From NCBI GenBank assembly GCA_002189035.1, contig CM007989.1, forward strand, positions 248,001-312,000: 64,000 nt of DNA, given 5' to 3'. Below the pieces are notes generated by a model that searched no databases, was not told the DNA's origin, and was given only the letters and a program-made list of their open reading frames with translations. Positions 34,577 through 47,700 of the stretch are shown piece by piece; the stretch's first letter is position 1; every line of letters begins with the position of its first letter. This stretch comes from Utricularia gibba. Lineage: Eukaryota; Plantae; Magnoliophyta. A program made the translations under genes and the position numbers.

Positions 34577-37500
34577 TCACTTCCCGGAGTCCGAATTGGG
34601 ATCGGACTTGCACGTCTCGACCGGAAACGGCAGTGCCAGAAGCCGTCCCCTTTGAGCCCTGGGAGGAAGATGCTTGGCGTGTCTACGTGATCCCATTGTC
34701 CATGGCAGGAAAACACCCGTACCTCCACAGGGAATGGATCCAGGGCTCATGAGCAGTGGGCTCACAGGGGCTAGCATGACCAGGGGGACCACGCCGGCCG
34801 CCTCTGCACCAGAATACGGAATGGAGACGCAGGGTTGCCATAGCGTCATCGCCTTCGATGAGTAGCTCGGTTCTGATGGACTGCTCTCCATCTCTGTTTT
34901 CACCCTGAAGAAAGTGATACTCACCCTCTTGTTTGGAGAGGCGCTCATGGCATGTCTAGCGGTCTCGCAGCTGTTCCCTCTCATCACCAGCAGAGACCTG
35001 AGATGGAGTAGTTTGTTTGGTTAAAGTGAATGATCGCAGGCGCTGCTTCTTTTTGCTAAAATAGGTTGCTATTGAGTGCATACCCTTCTGTGAGAGAGAG
35101 CATGAGAGGCCCATTGAAGTTCCCTTCGCCATCACTCACCAAGACACGCCCAAAAGCCATGGTTGATTCATATAGAACAAGTGTTGAAAGAGGTTGATCC
35201 AAGTGAGGTGGCTTCAGAAATGGCTGAGAGTGCTCCCCCTACATATTATTCACAAGCATCCCTCTGGTTATGATCCATGGCTGACGTTTAGAAGGGTGAG
35301 CAAAACCGCGTACCTCATCAAAGAAGTTAATGATGCAACTATTTGGTCTGCGATTTTCTGGAAGCAAACGCCATTGGACCAAGTGCTGGATAACACCTTG
35401 GAGAAGAGGTGGGATTGGTTCATTACAGCCTGTAAGCAAGCCATTTGGCCCTTAGCTTGTCAAGTCGTTGAACGCACAGATGCACAGATGTAAAAATAGC
35501 AACGGAAACCACCTTTGTGAATTGTTTCATCATCTTGTACTTTGCCGAAAATGGGAGTACCAAACTGAATCAGCTCTCTCTTGGTTCCCTTGGTCTGCTG
35601 ATTGAACAAAATAAAGGTCTCCCCTGAAATAGAGAAAGCATCAATAACTCAGACCAGTTGATGGTATGCCGTAATATGATAATGAAACATAAAAAAATGT
35701 TATATACCACACCTTGTGCAACTTGCAACTTCACCTCATTTTTGAACAACAGTAAAGCAAACGTTTTTTCTCATGCAAATGAAATCAGCAAATGCAAAAC
35801 ATAGTCAAGTAAAAAGCAAATGCCAAACCTGCTCAAGAAAACACACAGAGATGTCCTTTACAATCTAGTGACTTCTGGCCGTAAAGAAAAGAACATGTTT
35901 AACCATAAAGGCATCAGGATCCACCTGGAAGTTCACCATTCCGACCAGCAACACGGAGTTCATTCACAAACTCTCTCAATTTACAGAGCTCAACAGGAGT
36001 GAATATCCCCTCGAATAATTTGAGTCCTCTAACGATATTCACCTGCAATTCAATCATATCATATAAAAAAATTCTCCAATTGAAAAGGGGACAATTAAAA
36101 AAAAAAGGACTTGCCACACGCCCTTTTACAGACTCTTTTGCCACGAAGCCTTTCTTCATCTGGATTTTAGCACAGCGTGCTTCACAATCCTCATGATTAG
36201 AGCAAATGTCAATGTCTTCCTTCAGGGGCTGCACTTCTTGACACCCTGCATTTAGGAAAAGAGAATGAATATTGTATCTGGGTGGATACATCATGACATA
36301 ATTCACGTATTTTAGAGATTTGTTGCTCAATAATCAATTTCATTCAATGGGAAAATATTGGAGGAATAGTCAGGAAAAGCTTTTGGGCTTCAGTGGAGCA
36401 CTCTTCTAGAGGTAACATGGACCACTCATCATATTTCAGCAACATTTCAATGAGGCACTCTTCTGTACGCATAAACAAGGACCACCAAAGCCTCATCAAA
36501 CCATATCCTAATTTCATCCCAGAAAAAGGCATTCAATTCCTTTTTGTGGCCCTTACTTGAAAAGGGATCCCTATAAGAAAGCACCGAATAGTCTTGACGA
36601 TTCCATTTCAAGCAATACAAAGCAGAACACGAGTGCATCATCTTTTGCCACTTTTCACCCACAAAATTCTCAATGGTTAGCACTAATTTGCTTTATAGAC
36701 TCCACAAAGTCACAAGGAAAACTACAAAGCATTGACAAGAACCTTTCATGGAGCACCAGATTCCATTCGGTTTTTAACAATTCTGCCAATTCATCAAAAA
36801 GCTTAAAATGTTTTAACCTTTTTGGTCCAATGGAATCATTTCCCCCAGCATCCAATTCCGCTAAACTAAGACTTCAAAACGCCGCTTTACTAACAACAAA
36901 ATGACAATGAGAGACTGGAAAAAAAATAGTAAACCCAGGACGGCGAACCCACTTTTAGAATAATTTCAGCATGTCCATGCCAGTTTGGCAGGAGAGGTGG
37001 ATCACGACAAAGATTTTTTCAAGGGAAAAGAAAAGGAAGGAAAAACAAGTTAAAAGGGAACGCATTTAACCTTTAGCGATCGCTTAGGAAGTAGTGCACA
37101 AACACACGAAACGAGATAGTGAAAGTACAATGAAGTGCAGCCACCGTTCGGCGTGGAGACCACGCGCCACCCGTTTGTCAGGTGAGGAACCCACCGACCA
37201 CCGCCCCAATAATGGCCACCCAACACAAAACTCGCCGTTTCATAGACTTCCCTTCCGTCCTCTTCCCTTTCCTATACAACTAGTACCAACCCCACCCAAC
37301 CTACACACAAGAAAAAGACCAATTCACCTCTCCCTCATTCGGAAAGCACCATACCAACTGGTATCCCAGATTTCCAAAAAGGTTCCGCCTTGATTTTAGG
37401 CGCTAAAGTTCATGTCGACCCTAGTTCACTTGGGGCTGTCACATTTGTTGGATTATTTTCACCCAACCCTATGTTTCTATTGGAAAATTCGCATTAATTG

Positions 37501-38761
37501 AAGCCCTAAAGGGAAATATAACCAACACAATGATCTATCGGTGTCAAGGCTCGTTAAAGCCTGACCAACCTGTAGGTGAGTAACATAACATACCCCCATT
37601 TATTACCTGCTCCAGACCTTGTCACACATGTTTCTACGCTTCTATTCAAATAAACAGACTACAGATTTGACACTTCCAAGTAAATAGATTCCACCAGCAA
37701 AATATATCTAAATAGGCAATTAAGTCTAAGATACGGAGCATTTAATGTTAATAATGAAACTCTCTAATTGATGGAAGTCCAAGTTAGCACTTTTTGGTCC
37801 TTTGGTAGCAGTAAAAGCGGTTGGTTTCTGCCTAAGGCTGAGTCCAAACACAACTTGAAAATTTTACAAAAAAAAAAGAAAGAAAATAGTGAGAAACTCA
37901 CGGGGGCATCAAGAAACGGGGTTGAGGAATATTCTAGACTCTTTCTAGAAGACGCCAGGGATACAAATTCAAAAAATAATCAAAGAAAAATCCAATTTTG
38001 CAGCCACCAACAAATGAATGAGTTGGTGTGATGCAACCAATTTGGCTTATTCCTTAAATAAATAGCACATGATTTTAGAAAAAGCGAAAAGGTTCCATAT
38101 TTTCAAAATATTCTACGATCTTCATCTAATACACTGTTAATTATAATTAACTTTGGGTAATGGCGAATTTTGGTTTTCAAAGGAAAACGCAGCAACATCA
38201 GATATGAAACCGAAATCGAATGAAATTTGAAATGGTGAATTTAGGTTGCGAACCTGCGTCGCCGATTTCGGACGTGGAATTGTCATCTGGCGCGTCGCCT
38301 CCGACATTACCGTCGCCCGCGCCGGTGGTTTCGGTGCTCTTCTCCTTCAAATTGTCTTCAGAAACAGGAGATGGAAAACAATCGGACGCTGCCTCATCGA
38401 CCGATTTCACGGACGAATCTACCTCGCATCTCCGCTTACCAGCGATTTTACTCAGCTCAAGGGTGACGTCCGCGATCGAATAAAATTTCTGCATCTGCAG
38501 AATCGGGATCCAGTTCATCCTACGGCGATGAATCGCAACAAACATTGACTCGTACGCGGCGGCGCCTTCCATCTGCGCGAGATGCCCGCAGAGAGCATCG
38601 ATTATGGCGTTGGCCGCCGCGAATTCCCCTCGGAACCAAGCAATCATCGCGTCCTTGGCGTAGGCATCCGAAGGCGGCGCCAAAATCGACTGTTGCGCTA
38701 TCGCAGGGACCACCATTTGCTTCGCCAGAACCCGATTCTCGACGCCGGTCACCGGCGGCAT
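34577..38761 (-). CDS. ALKBH10B: ALKBH10-like RNA m6A demethylase (2OG-Fe(II) oxygenase); 7 exons, 2.0-kb first intron (36246-38253), probable GC-AG second intron (36043-36114)
   Basis: DAMIAWFRGEFAAANAIIDALC.HL, AIHRRRMNWIPILQMQK, KGFVAKESVKG..VNIVRGLKLFE, NSCIINFFDEGEHSQPFLKPPHLDQP, SLLVMRGNS..ARH.MSASPNKRVSITFF, GGTGVFLPW, KHLPPRAQ. Confidence 0.9.
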
Positions 38762-40937
38762 TCCTGTGTAACTATGCAAACTCGAAGAGGAAGAAAAGAA
38801 AAGAGCTTTTTTTCTAAAAAGAAAATAATGAATGGTTGCGTCGGTTTATGGTGGGCTGGTTCTTTTCAGGTGTAGACTACTACTACTCCTCCTCCCCCTT
38901 CAGCTTCCTCCAGTCGGAAATGCACTGCTTTATAATTTTTCACGCAGGCCGGGAGAATAAAAATTAAAAATTAAAAATAAAGATGAAAATGAGAGTGGAG
39001 TGTCTGATTTGGGCCTGGGGTTCGGGTTCCCTTCCTTGGCTCTTCTAGGTTTTAGGCACCCCCGGGGCCTGCCACAGTGGAAATGGAAATCTTGATTGTT
39101 GCCTGCCAGCCTACCCCCCGCGGGGCCCACCATAATAGGGTCCTTTATTTTTACTTGTTACAACTTACAACATCCATGTGTCCAATGATCAAGTGATTTA
39201 ATTAATTAAATCATCTATTTAATTATTTACTTATAAAAAATAATCATAATAAACAGGCTAGGCTAGCCTGGTACACACTTGCTACTAGGGGGGTACATGA
39301 TGAACATGGGTGGGATGGGGACATGAAACAACAACAACAACGTTTTGGTGTTGTTTGAATTTTAACAGAAAAAAAAAACAGATAATTGAAATGCGGCGCG
39401 GAGGAGGAAAAACATTTATATGATTTAATAGTAAGAGAAGAAATGAAAAAATGTCCCATTATGGTGTCCCTGTGTGTGTTTCAACCGGGATGGGATCCCA
39501 TTTAAGGGGATTTACACTGCCATCTGACTTCCAGGAGTGTGAGATATTGGCCGGCCCTATCTCATTGCCTTCAGATTTCACCCCAATATTTATTATTAAC
39601 TCCACTTTTGTCCATAAAATCAATTTTGGTGTCTAATATCACCAAATTTTCATGCATTAAAATATATATATAACAAATATTTGTGTGAATTGGTGGCACA
39701 CACGCCTGGCCTCAAACATGGGAAGCATAACAGTGAGTGGGAGGTGTAGGCAGTAATTAGTATTTACAAGCCGCGGAATTTTCAATGGATTTGTCAAGCC
39801 TTGCAAAGTTGACCACATTATTTTTTTTATTACTCGGGACTTAGACAAAAAGGCCAGGCCAGGGCAGGGCCCTTATTATCATTTCAATTTATGTCACATG
39901 TGTTGCATGCCATGTGCTTTTTTTCCGTTCATTTTCAGAATAAAACACACGTAGGATATAATGTTCAAATCCCGGGTTTCGGTTTTTGATGAAATTTAAC
40001 ATTAATAAAATACGCATCGATGTAAAATCTTATAATTTATAATCATATCCTTTAAATCCAGTTAATCCCATCAACCAAATACTAACTTAAGACACGAAAC
40101 ATTATCAAGATTTCCCTTTCAAAATGGAATCTGCGTGTGCGATGGTCCTATGGAGAATATCAACTTTGGTTAGGGAATGAATAGTTTTGTTTGTATCGTA
40201 AATGATTACCAAAATGAAATCAGTGGTTGAGAGGGGGCTATTCAAACATTGATTGATATATGGCAATTATTTCATGGTTTTTTTTTAAAGTAACGCACCA
40301 TATAATATGTATGTATGTTTGATCATCGTATTCGATATTAATTTTTTATTTAATGTATGAAAAAAAATTATTAATTATTTTATTAAATGACACCCAGGTA
40401 TTGTTTGATCATGAGTGTCATTAGATTCTGGAGGAGGACGGATTAAGACGCACGATCATTTTTAGTTGTCGCTGATTCGTCTTCATCTTCCCAGATACGA
40501 TTTGCCATTTGGGTCCTTTTCGTTTGTTGGAATTTGGATATCGCTACCTATACCTACACTTGGTTGCATGTGGGCTTGGGCCCAATTACCTCGGCCCATT
40601 ACTAGTTATCGGTCAACAATGCTGTACGTGGCAGCTTTACCCCCGTTAGATCTGGTTTGGATGGGCAGACAAAAGCAGCTCGCTGCAGCCTTGAATGGTC
40701 AGCGTGGGTGGATCTTCGCACGAACGCCGTGACAGTAGGAATCCCACGGCCGGCAATGATTCCGGGAAGCACTACGGGTTCCCACGTGAACCCACCCTTG
40801 ACCGCTGTCCACTCCCCAATTAATACCGAGGAAACGACACCGGAGTGATTCTACAGTTCAATACTGGCGCACTCCATTTAATTCTTCAAAGTGACCTCAC
40901 ATCCTTTTTGTTCTCAGTCACCTCCTCTATGGATCAT

Positions 40938-40958
40938 GCTGCTGCTGCTGCTGCTGCT
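40938..40958 (+). repeat. (GCT)7 microsatellite
   Basis: Direct read: gctgctgctgctgctgctgct. Confidence 0.9.
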
Positions 40959-41641
40959 CGCTACTCTCCCAATTCATCCGATACCCAGTTTGTAACTCAA
41001 ATCATATGAACAGGATAGAGGGTTTGCTCATTCTGAATGATGGACTCGAGAGAGAGGAAGTGCGTGCAATCATTGTGTTGCCACAACGCATTGTTTTGGA
41101 GATAGAGGGTGGGCGATTGCTGGTGTTGTCTAATCTGAACAGTGCCGTTTTTGTCCATCATCTTGTGTTAGTTACGTGCCTTGAATACCATAAGCCCCAC
41201 CTGTCGTTCGTTCTCTCGCCATGGATAGATCCCTCCCTCCCGTTCACGATCGCCCACCCTTTCAATCAATATATGCTGTCTACTGTCTTGGAATGCATTT
41301 TATCTGTGTGTTTGGTTGCCATATTCGATACCAGTCTCCCCAGTTCTTGACGCATTTGTCTGTCCTTTGCAAGTTACTATCCCCAAAACAAAAAGAGGGG
41401 GGATTTATTTTCTTTTTGGTTTGGAGAAAAGATCTCAAAAGGCGATGTCTCTCAACCAAACTACACCACAACTTTATGATTGCTCAGTGTCCGGAGTAGG
41501 GCAAGGCAGGGATGGAATAAAGAATATTATTTCATTAGCCATATGATTTCAGCAGTCCTTTAATATTGATTTAGAAGCCTTATCGCCCCTCCAACACAAG
41601 ACATCATCTTCTCACCCATCGTCTGTCTGAGTTCTCATTCA

Positions 41642-41773
41642 ATGAAGAAAGTAGCAGCAGTCTTCTGTGTTAGAAGCTTGAAGAAGCGGTCAGTGAAGCA
41701 GATGAGAGAGCACAAGGCGCGCATTTACATCATGTGGAGATGCGCAGTTCTTCTTCTGTGCTGGAGTGAATGA
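41642..41773 (+). CDS. DVL: DEVIL/ROTUNDIFOLIA4-like (DVL/RTFL) small peptide, 43 aa
   Basis: MKKVAAVFCVRSLKKRSVKQMREHKARIYIMWRCAVLLLCWSE*; the C-terminal part matches the RTF domain (REQ/K.RxYIxxRCxxxLLCW). Not in the ORF track because it is <60 aa. Confidence 0.9.
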   Translation: MKKVAAVFCVRSLKKRSVKQMREHKARIYIMWRCAVLLLCWSE

Positions 41774-42957
41774 AGTCAAGATCCACTCCTCCCCACATTC
41801 CACGCCTCCTGTGCCCTCCCACCGGGTAAGCGGCTTGAGGAACGGCAGCGCGCTATGTTTTTTCTCTTTTTTCCTTTGGATGATGCCGTGTGTTGCTGGT
41901 AATGTATACGGTTTTGGAGAGACAAGAGAATGCAGAGATCTTGTTGCTAAATCAAACCTCCTGGCCCATAGCTCCTCCACTGCGTTGGAACCCCACATCA
42001 GAAGCCTCAAGAAACCTAATACAGAGCCATTTTGGGTTAATTTCAATCTTTTCCTGGATCCATCAGCTCCCGATTCCAACACACTCGATAAGGTCCAACG
42101 CTGAACCACTCCCTCCACCCCAATCCCGGTTAGATTCCCTCGTCGCCGCAAGAAAACAAAAGGAAAAAAAAAAAAAAACAAAGAAGTGTAGATTTCAAAG
42201 AGTTCGTATGATGGATGATAAAAAAAATGGTTTTGTTTCTTTGGTTCTTTCTGCACAAATCAACTATTTGATAAAAATATTAATATTTAACGCCATTCCC
42301 AAATTTCATACGTTTTTCACTACACCAAATTGTTAGGGCATAGGCGCACTCTTATTCCCATTTGGCAGGTACAGTAGATGCCATGTCAAGGAATCCTTCT
42401 CCATCTGCATTTATGAACTACAAAGTATAAAATTTATGAGCACAAAAAAGGAAAACTGTCGCAGATTGTAAGAATCGACGTGTGAAATTTAGATTTCTAT
42501 AAAAAAAAAAAAATTGGTTGTGTATATAATGATGTGAAATGGGAAAAAGGAATAAAAAAAGGATTCAAATTATAGTTATTATAAATATGAACTAATAAAA
42601 ATAATATTTATTAAAATTAAAATTAAATTTAGATTACTAAATATAAATAAAAAATTATTGGTCTGGAGCCCGGCCCAATAGAGGCGCAGAATGAAAGATA
42701 AGGCTCGTCATGGGGAAATGGACTGACTGCACATACTTCGATATTATTATTATTATTATTCTTTATATTTATATTTATGGTTGCTAATATTTATTTATAT
42801 CTGTATTTTTTGATAAAATGAAAATAGTCTTTTAATTTACGTGGGGAGAACGGTAGGTTGGAATTGGAATATTCGCTGTTCGTCTTCAAAATCCTCGTCA
42901 ATTACTTTCTTCCATTTTCTGAGCAGAGGAAAAACTAGACGATTTCTGAAACCGATT

Positions 42958-44437
42958 ATGGCGTCGCTTGATGTTTTCAAGACCGATCAAGATCCTCTGA
43001 TTTACGCGTCTTTTTTTGATAATCCAAGAGGCATGGCTTGTTTTTTTTTTTTTTTTTTTTGTTTGATTAACGAATCCATGGTTTGCGATTTTGTTTTTTG
43101 AGTTACTGAGCCACTTAGAATATTGGGTTCCGCTCGAGGCTCAATCTTGGGGTATTTATTTGCTGAACGTTGGTTGATACAGAGAATAATTTGAAATCTC
43201 GTGGAACGCTTATTGAGAGGAAGATGGATTTTCTTGAGAGCTTGGCGGGAAATGTAATTATTTCTGCATTTACTGATCATTTTCTGCGATGTTTAATTAT
43301 TCTTAGTTTGTCTAAATTGAGTGGGTTTATCCACTTATTTCAGAGAATTATTCAGCTTATCCAGTTCCTGCAGCAGGTCTAATCTTGATAGTGTTAGTTA
43401 TGCCTAGTTAACCGTGCTGTGCAGGTTAGCAACAGAAGAGCTCGAAGATGGTTAAATGATAGATTATTGATGGAGCTTGTTCCTCGTCTGGATGCTGATG
43501 AAATTCGGGGGTTGTTTTCCCCTCCACCTTGGGGTAAGCATATAAAAAGGATGAATATTTTCAAACTACACGTATTTGGCCAAAAGGTCAACTTTTAATT
43601 GTGTAGGTGAAGAAGTTCATCGCTCTGCATTTACCATGGCCAGTATGAGTGACTGGGATAAGTTCAGGAACATTGACATGGACAAGGAGGTTGCTTCTTC
43701 TATCTCTTGCGTGTCAATGAATGGAAATGTCGTGTGTTCGTAGCATGAAAGTATCGGCGCATGAAATCTAGATAACAGGAAAAGCTGGCCTAAGCAATTC
43801 AGCTTGACTTACAAGATATGCCATATTTAGGAAATCCTGACATTGTTTGTGATCAGGCATCAATCATTCAGTCCATGGAAAACTCCTCATCCAAGGATAG
43901 GTACCATCTAAATGCTGAAAAAGTTGCCGTAGTGAGGGCATGGCACCGCGTAGATACTAGAACCAGAGAGGCACTTCGACGTTGTTATCTTTCAGATGTG
44001 CTTAATGAATATGAGGTACCCCAGACGTTCTCATTCCATCACGATGGGAGTCTTTTCTTGGCCCATTGAGATAGTTTGTTTGTTGTTTGTTCTTTCAGGA
44101 ATGTGTTCGGTCATTCGTTAAGAATAGCAGCGATGAAGACACTCTAGAGCTCAAGGTTCAAGATCCATTCCATCGCTTGTTGTTGCATGGTGTTTGTGAG
44201 GTCAGTGTATCCATTTAGAGGCACTTCCGTTTTGCTGCATCCTGCGCTATCCTATCAATTATCTAATCAAAATCCGCCTTTCAACAGTTCTACAACTTAG
44301 TGTCTTCCACAGTGACAGAAACTAAGGGCAGCGGATCTTTGAAGATCACAAGGATCAAAAAGAAGTCGGGTGCATCAGACATTGTACCAATGACACTTTG
44401 CGGGTTCCTGAAACTGGCAAAATCGGGATCTTGGTGA
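42958..44437 (+). CDS. R3H-associated/R3H domain-containing protein (resembles At1g03250); 7 exons, first intron GC-AG (43031-43182)
   Basis: Spliced translation ...IERKMDFLESLAGNVSNRRARRWLNDRLLMELVPRLDADEIRGLFSPPPWG...WDKFRNIDMDKE...AWHRVDTRTREALRR...LELKVQDPFHRLLLHGVCEFYNLVSST...FLKLAKSGSW*; RLLLHGVCE is the RxxxH motif. Confidence 0.88.
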
Positions 44438-44718
44438 TACCTGCCGCCGCTGTTACTCCATGTACAGTAAGCATGCTGTATTAGTAGTTGCAGTATTGTC
44501 ATCTTCCAGTAAGTGCATGTGTCTCAGTCGTTCGCATGGCCAACTGATCGATAACCCATTCGTGATTCAATTTGTGCTCTTTGTGTTGAACGATGAATGG
44601 CCTTGTAAGAATTGTGATGCAAACTTAGATATCTACCTAATTCATTTTGCATATTGCAACAATGTTGGTGTAGTCCTGGTGCTGTATATATTGTACTCAG
44701 TAAAAGATATCTGTCTAT

Positions 44719-46363
44719 CTATGCATTCTCTGTTTTGACCCTGAAGCCTGCTAAACTCCCAAGTTTCTCAACTGTACTTTCTAAAACTTCAACCTTCCCT
44801 AGAATATCCATCAACAGGAAGCCAATGCTGGCAATAGCATCATTCTCATGGGATAAAACTGGAGGTGAGAACTGTAATATCATACTCTGTAGTAGCTTCG
44901 AGTTGACCTTCTGACGCATCTCCATTTTCTCTAGAGCTTCTCCAAGTTGTTTCAGAGTCCAGGAAACTGAGAGCCCGCATTCCTCAAAGACGCCTTTCAT
45001 TTGTTCCCTCTTCTCCAACGGAGGCTATAAGGCGTCAAAGAAGATTTCTTACCATATGCATGGTTGGTATTAATGAGTGCGAGTTGATGACATTTTTTTT
45101 TTTTTTACCTGAAGTGGTGATTGAAGGCAGATTTTCATAGCAAGAATTGTTGCAGCAAGATCTGTCAGAAGATCTCCGAGCTCTAGGTAACTTTCCCATG
45201 GATATTGGAATCCAAACGTCCCGTTCCACAGTTCCCATTTCGCGTCATTTGCCTGCAAAGTTCATCATCAGTTGCACTCTTCTTTCAAGGCCCAACTGTT
45301 ACGAGTTGATGAGTGATTATACAGTAAGAAGAGGAGAGTACCAGCGCTTCGTCTTTGGTTTTCGAGTGCAGAACAGATTTGCAAGCTTCATACCAGGATC
45401 CATGTCCTGGGTTCTCGATCCCGATTTTGAGATACTCATCCAAGCAACCTAGCAGCAGAATCCCCACATTGTAAATCCAAAAAAAAAAAAAAAAATCTAG
45501 GAATACGGGATACTAACCTTGCAACGAATCGACGAGTTTCCGGAATTTAGTGGCGGTGGAGCTATGAAGATCATGACCGGCCCAGATTGGGTAAATCGCG
45601 ACATTAGTGAAGATACAGATTGCAAACCCGATTCCAATGTTGGCGAGGCGATCCCGCGCGATTGTGATCACACTCCGGGAACGGACTCCGAGCACCGCCA
45701 CCATGCTAAAAGTCAGGATGAAGATTCTGAATCCGTATTCGTACCGCCGCCTCATCGCCGGCGCCTGCGCCGCGTACTTCGCCATCGCACCTGACCACCA
45801 GAATGTTTAACTCAGATGAATTACAGAAACGGCCGTTGTTTTACAGTCTCGTAAATTCGTATTTTTATTTCAAATATTAAAATTTGAAATGCTCATTTTG
45901 CATCATTATAAACACGCAGGAACGAAGCTCACTGAAAACCAGCAGTGAAGAAACAGTGACGAGAGGCTTGAGAACTCCTTGCACTCTGTGCGCCAAAATG
46001 GCTGCCAGGCACCCCAGTCCTCCTCCCAGTATCGTCCCGATTCCTCTGTTTATCCCCTTCCCTAACGTCGCCCCTGCGCGCCACCCAGTTTTCGAAGATT
46101 CTGGTGATAGTTCCGACAAGCTACTGCGCATTACATGGAGTTAAAGAGCAGACAGGTACCTGCGTGGAATTCGAAGATGACGACGACGGTCATGACCGCC
46201 CAGATAAGGTCCTCGCCCATACGTTCGAACGTGGGATTCACGAGATAAAACAAGGAAACCAGAGCAAGCGCGATCCCTGTTTGCCGCTGTGGACCACCCG
46301 GCGCCGCTTCTCGATCCCCACCAAATGCTCCTGCTGCTTCTCGCCCGTTTCCTGCTCCGCCAT
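44719..46363 (-). CDS. ALMT: Aluminium-activated malate transporter (ALMT) family anion channel; 6 exons; apparent -1 frameshift at 46280-46282; alternative ATG at 46393
   Basis: RRVVHSGK/(T)[95 protein letters not shown] (divergent WEP motif). Confidence 0.88.
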
Positions 46364-46414
46364 GACCACCAGGGTGTGCAGGCCTTGCTCCATGAGGCTG
46401 CTGCGCCGTGCTCG

Positions 46415-46422
46415 TATTTATA
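46415..46422 (-). promoter_or_regulatory. TATA box of ALMT gene
   Basis: TATAAATA on the minus strand, ending about 21 nt before ATG 46393 and about 51 nt before ATG 46363, which favours 46363 as the start. Confidence 0.55.
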
Positions 46423-47700
46423 GGGCGATCGTACATATACCCAAGTAAGTAAATGACATGTTGACATCGTCGTTTCGGTCAGCGTAAAGTATTAGACCTA
46501 ATTATCATACGGACAGGCAGATATTTGTGACGCACCCATTGGGGGAACTAATTATAATTAATTTATTATATTAAAAACTAATTTGGTTTAATAAAATATT
46601 AAAATAATATCATTACACAAACCAGTGATCATGTCCCAACATTTCCATGCAGGTTTGTTGTTCGTGTCTTCTTCGGAATCAATTTACAAGTCCTTGGCAC
46701 TAACACGTGAGGCGAAGAGTAGATCGAAGTTGTAAGAAATCTTACGTCGGAATTGGAAATAAAAAGAAGAATAATAGAGAAATAAATCAAGCCGAAATTC
46801 GAAATAAAAAGAGTTACAAAACCTCTGGACCTAATTTGAAATAATAAACCAAATAAAAATGGGTATACGTGCGGGCTGATGAGAGGCACCACGTATGGGG
46901 TGGAAGATTCGCGAATTGTCGCCCCCCGGCTGTGGTAGCGTAGGGATGTATGAACACCGTACCTCGTTCATTTACATTTTTGTGTAGTGGTAGGGTCAGC
47001 GTTCTTTCCAATTAAAAAGACAAATTATGTGTGTGTGTGAGTCAACTGAGTGGGATGGGGTGAATCAGGCAGCAGATTGTTGGGTCGGGTTCCACCTGGA
47101 GGGGCTGCGATTAAAGGCAACTAGTATCGATCGTATCTCCGGCCTCTCCCCCAAACACAGCAGGGAGCATCAAATCACCGCCAAGATTCGGATTTCGCCG
47201 GCACCGCACCCCTCGGCTCCTCCTCCACTTTTAGATTGGACTCGGAGGAAGTCAAGATGCATGGCGCCTGTTTGGACCCAAATCGTATGTCGTGATGGGT
47301 GGGGTGGGTAGGTTTCCGTCCCTTTCGCTCCCTCCCTCCCTGGTGTGCCACAAGGTGGTGTCCTTGCCATTTTCCTGCATGTAGCACCCGGAATGGGTTA
47401 CGATCGGTCTGGAACCGAAACCATCGATTTCATCAATGAAATGGATGATTCATAAAATCTTTAATTTCCATTTCCCTCACGTCGAGTATCAAGTAGTATC
47501 AGGTCATCGGGGGTATTCAGTATCATTGGGCAACAGAAGATGCTTTCTTGAGACACACAAAGTGGAGCGGCCAATCCCACTCAGTTACTTGATGCTCATC
47601 CTGTGCCAATTCCACCACAAACCCAACCTCCTCCTGCTACTTGACCTGACCGGCCCACACACGAGTCAGATGAAAGAGGAACGGGGATTAATTCTACCCC

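Noticed and set aside
41690-42256. 188-aa minus-strand ORF in the ORF track
   Set aside because: Antisense to the DVL CDS and 3' region, low-complexity (FFFFPF from T-runs), no recognisable domain; a shadow ORF.
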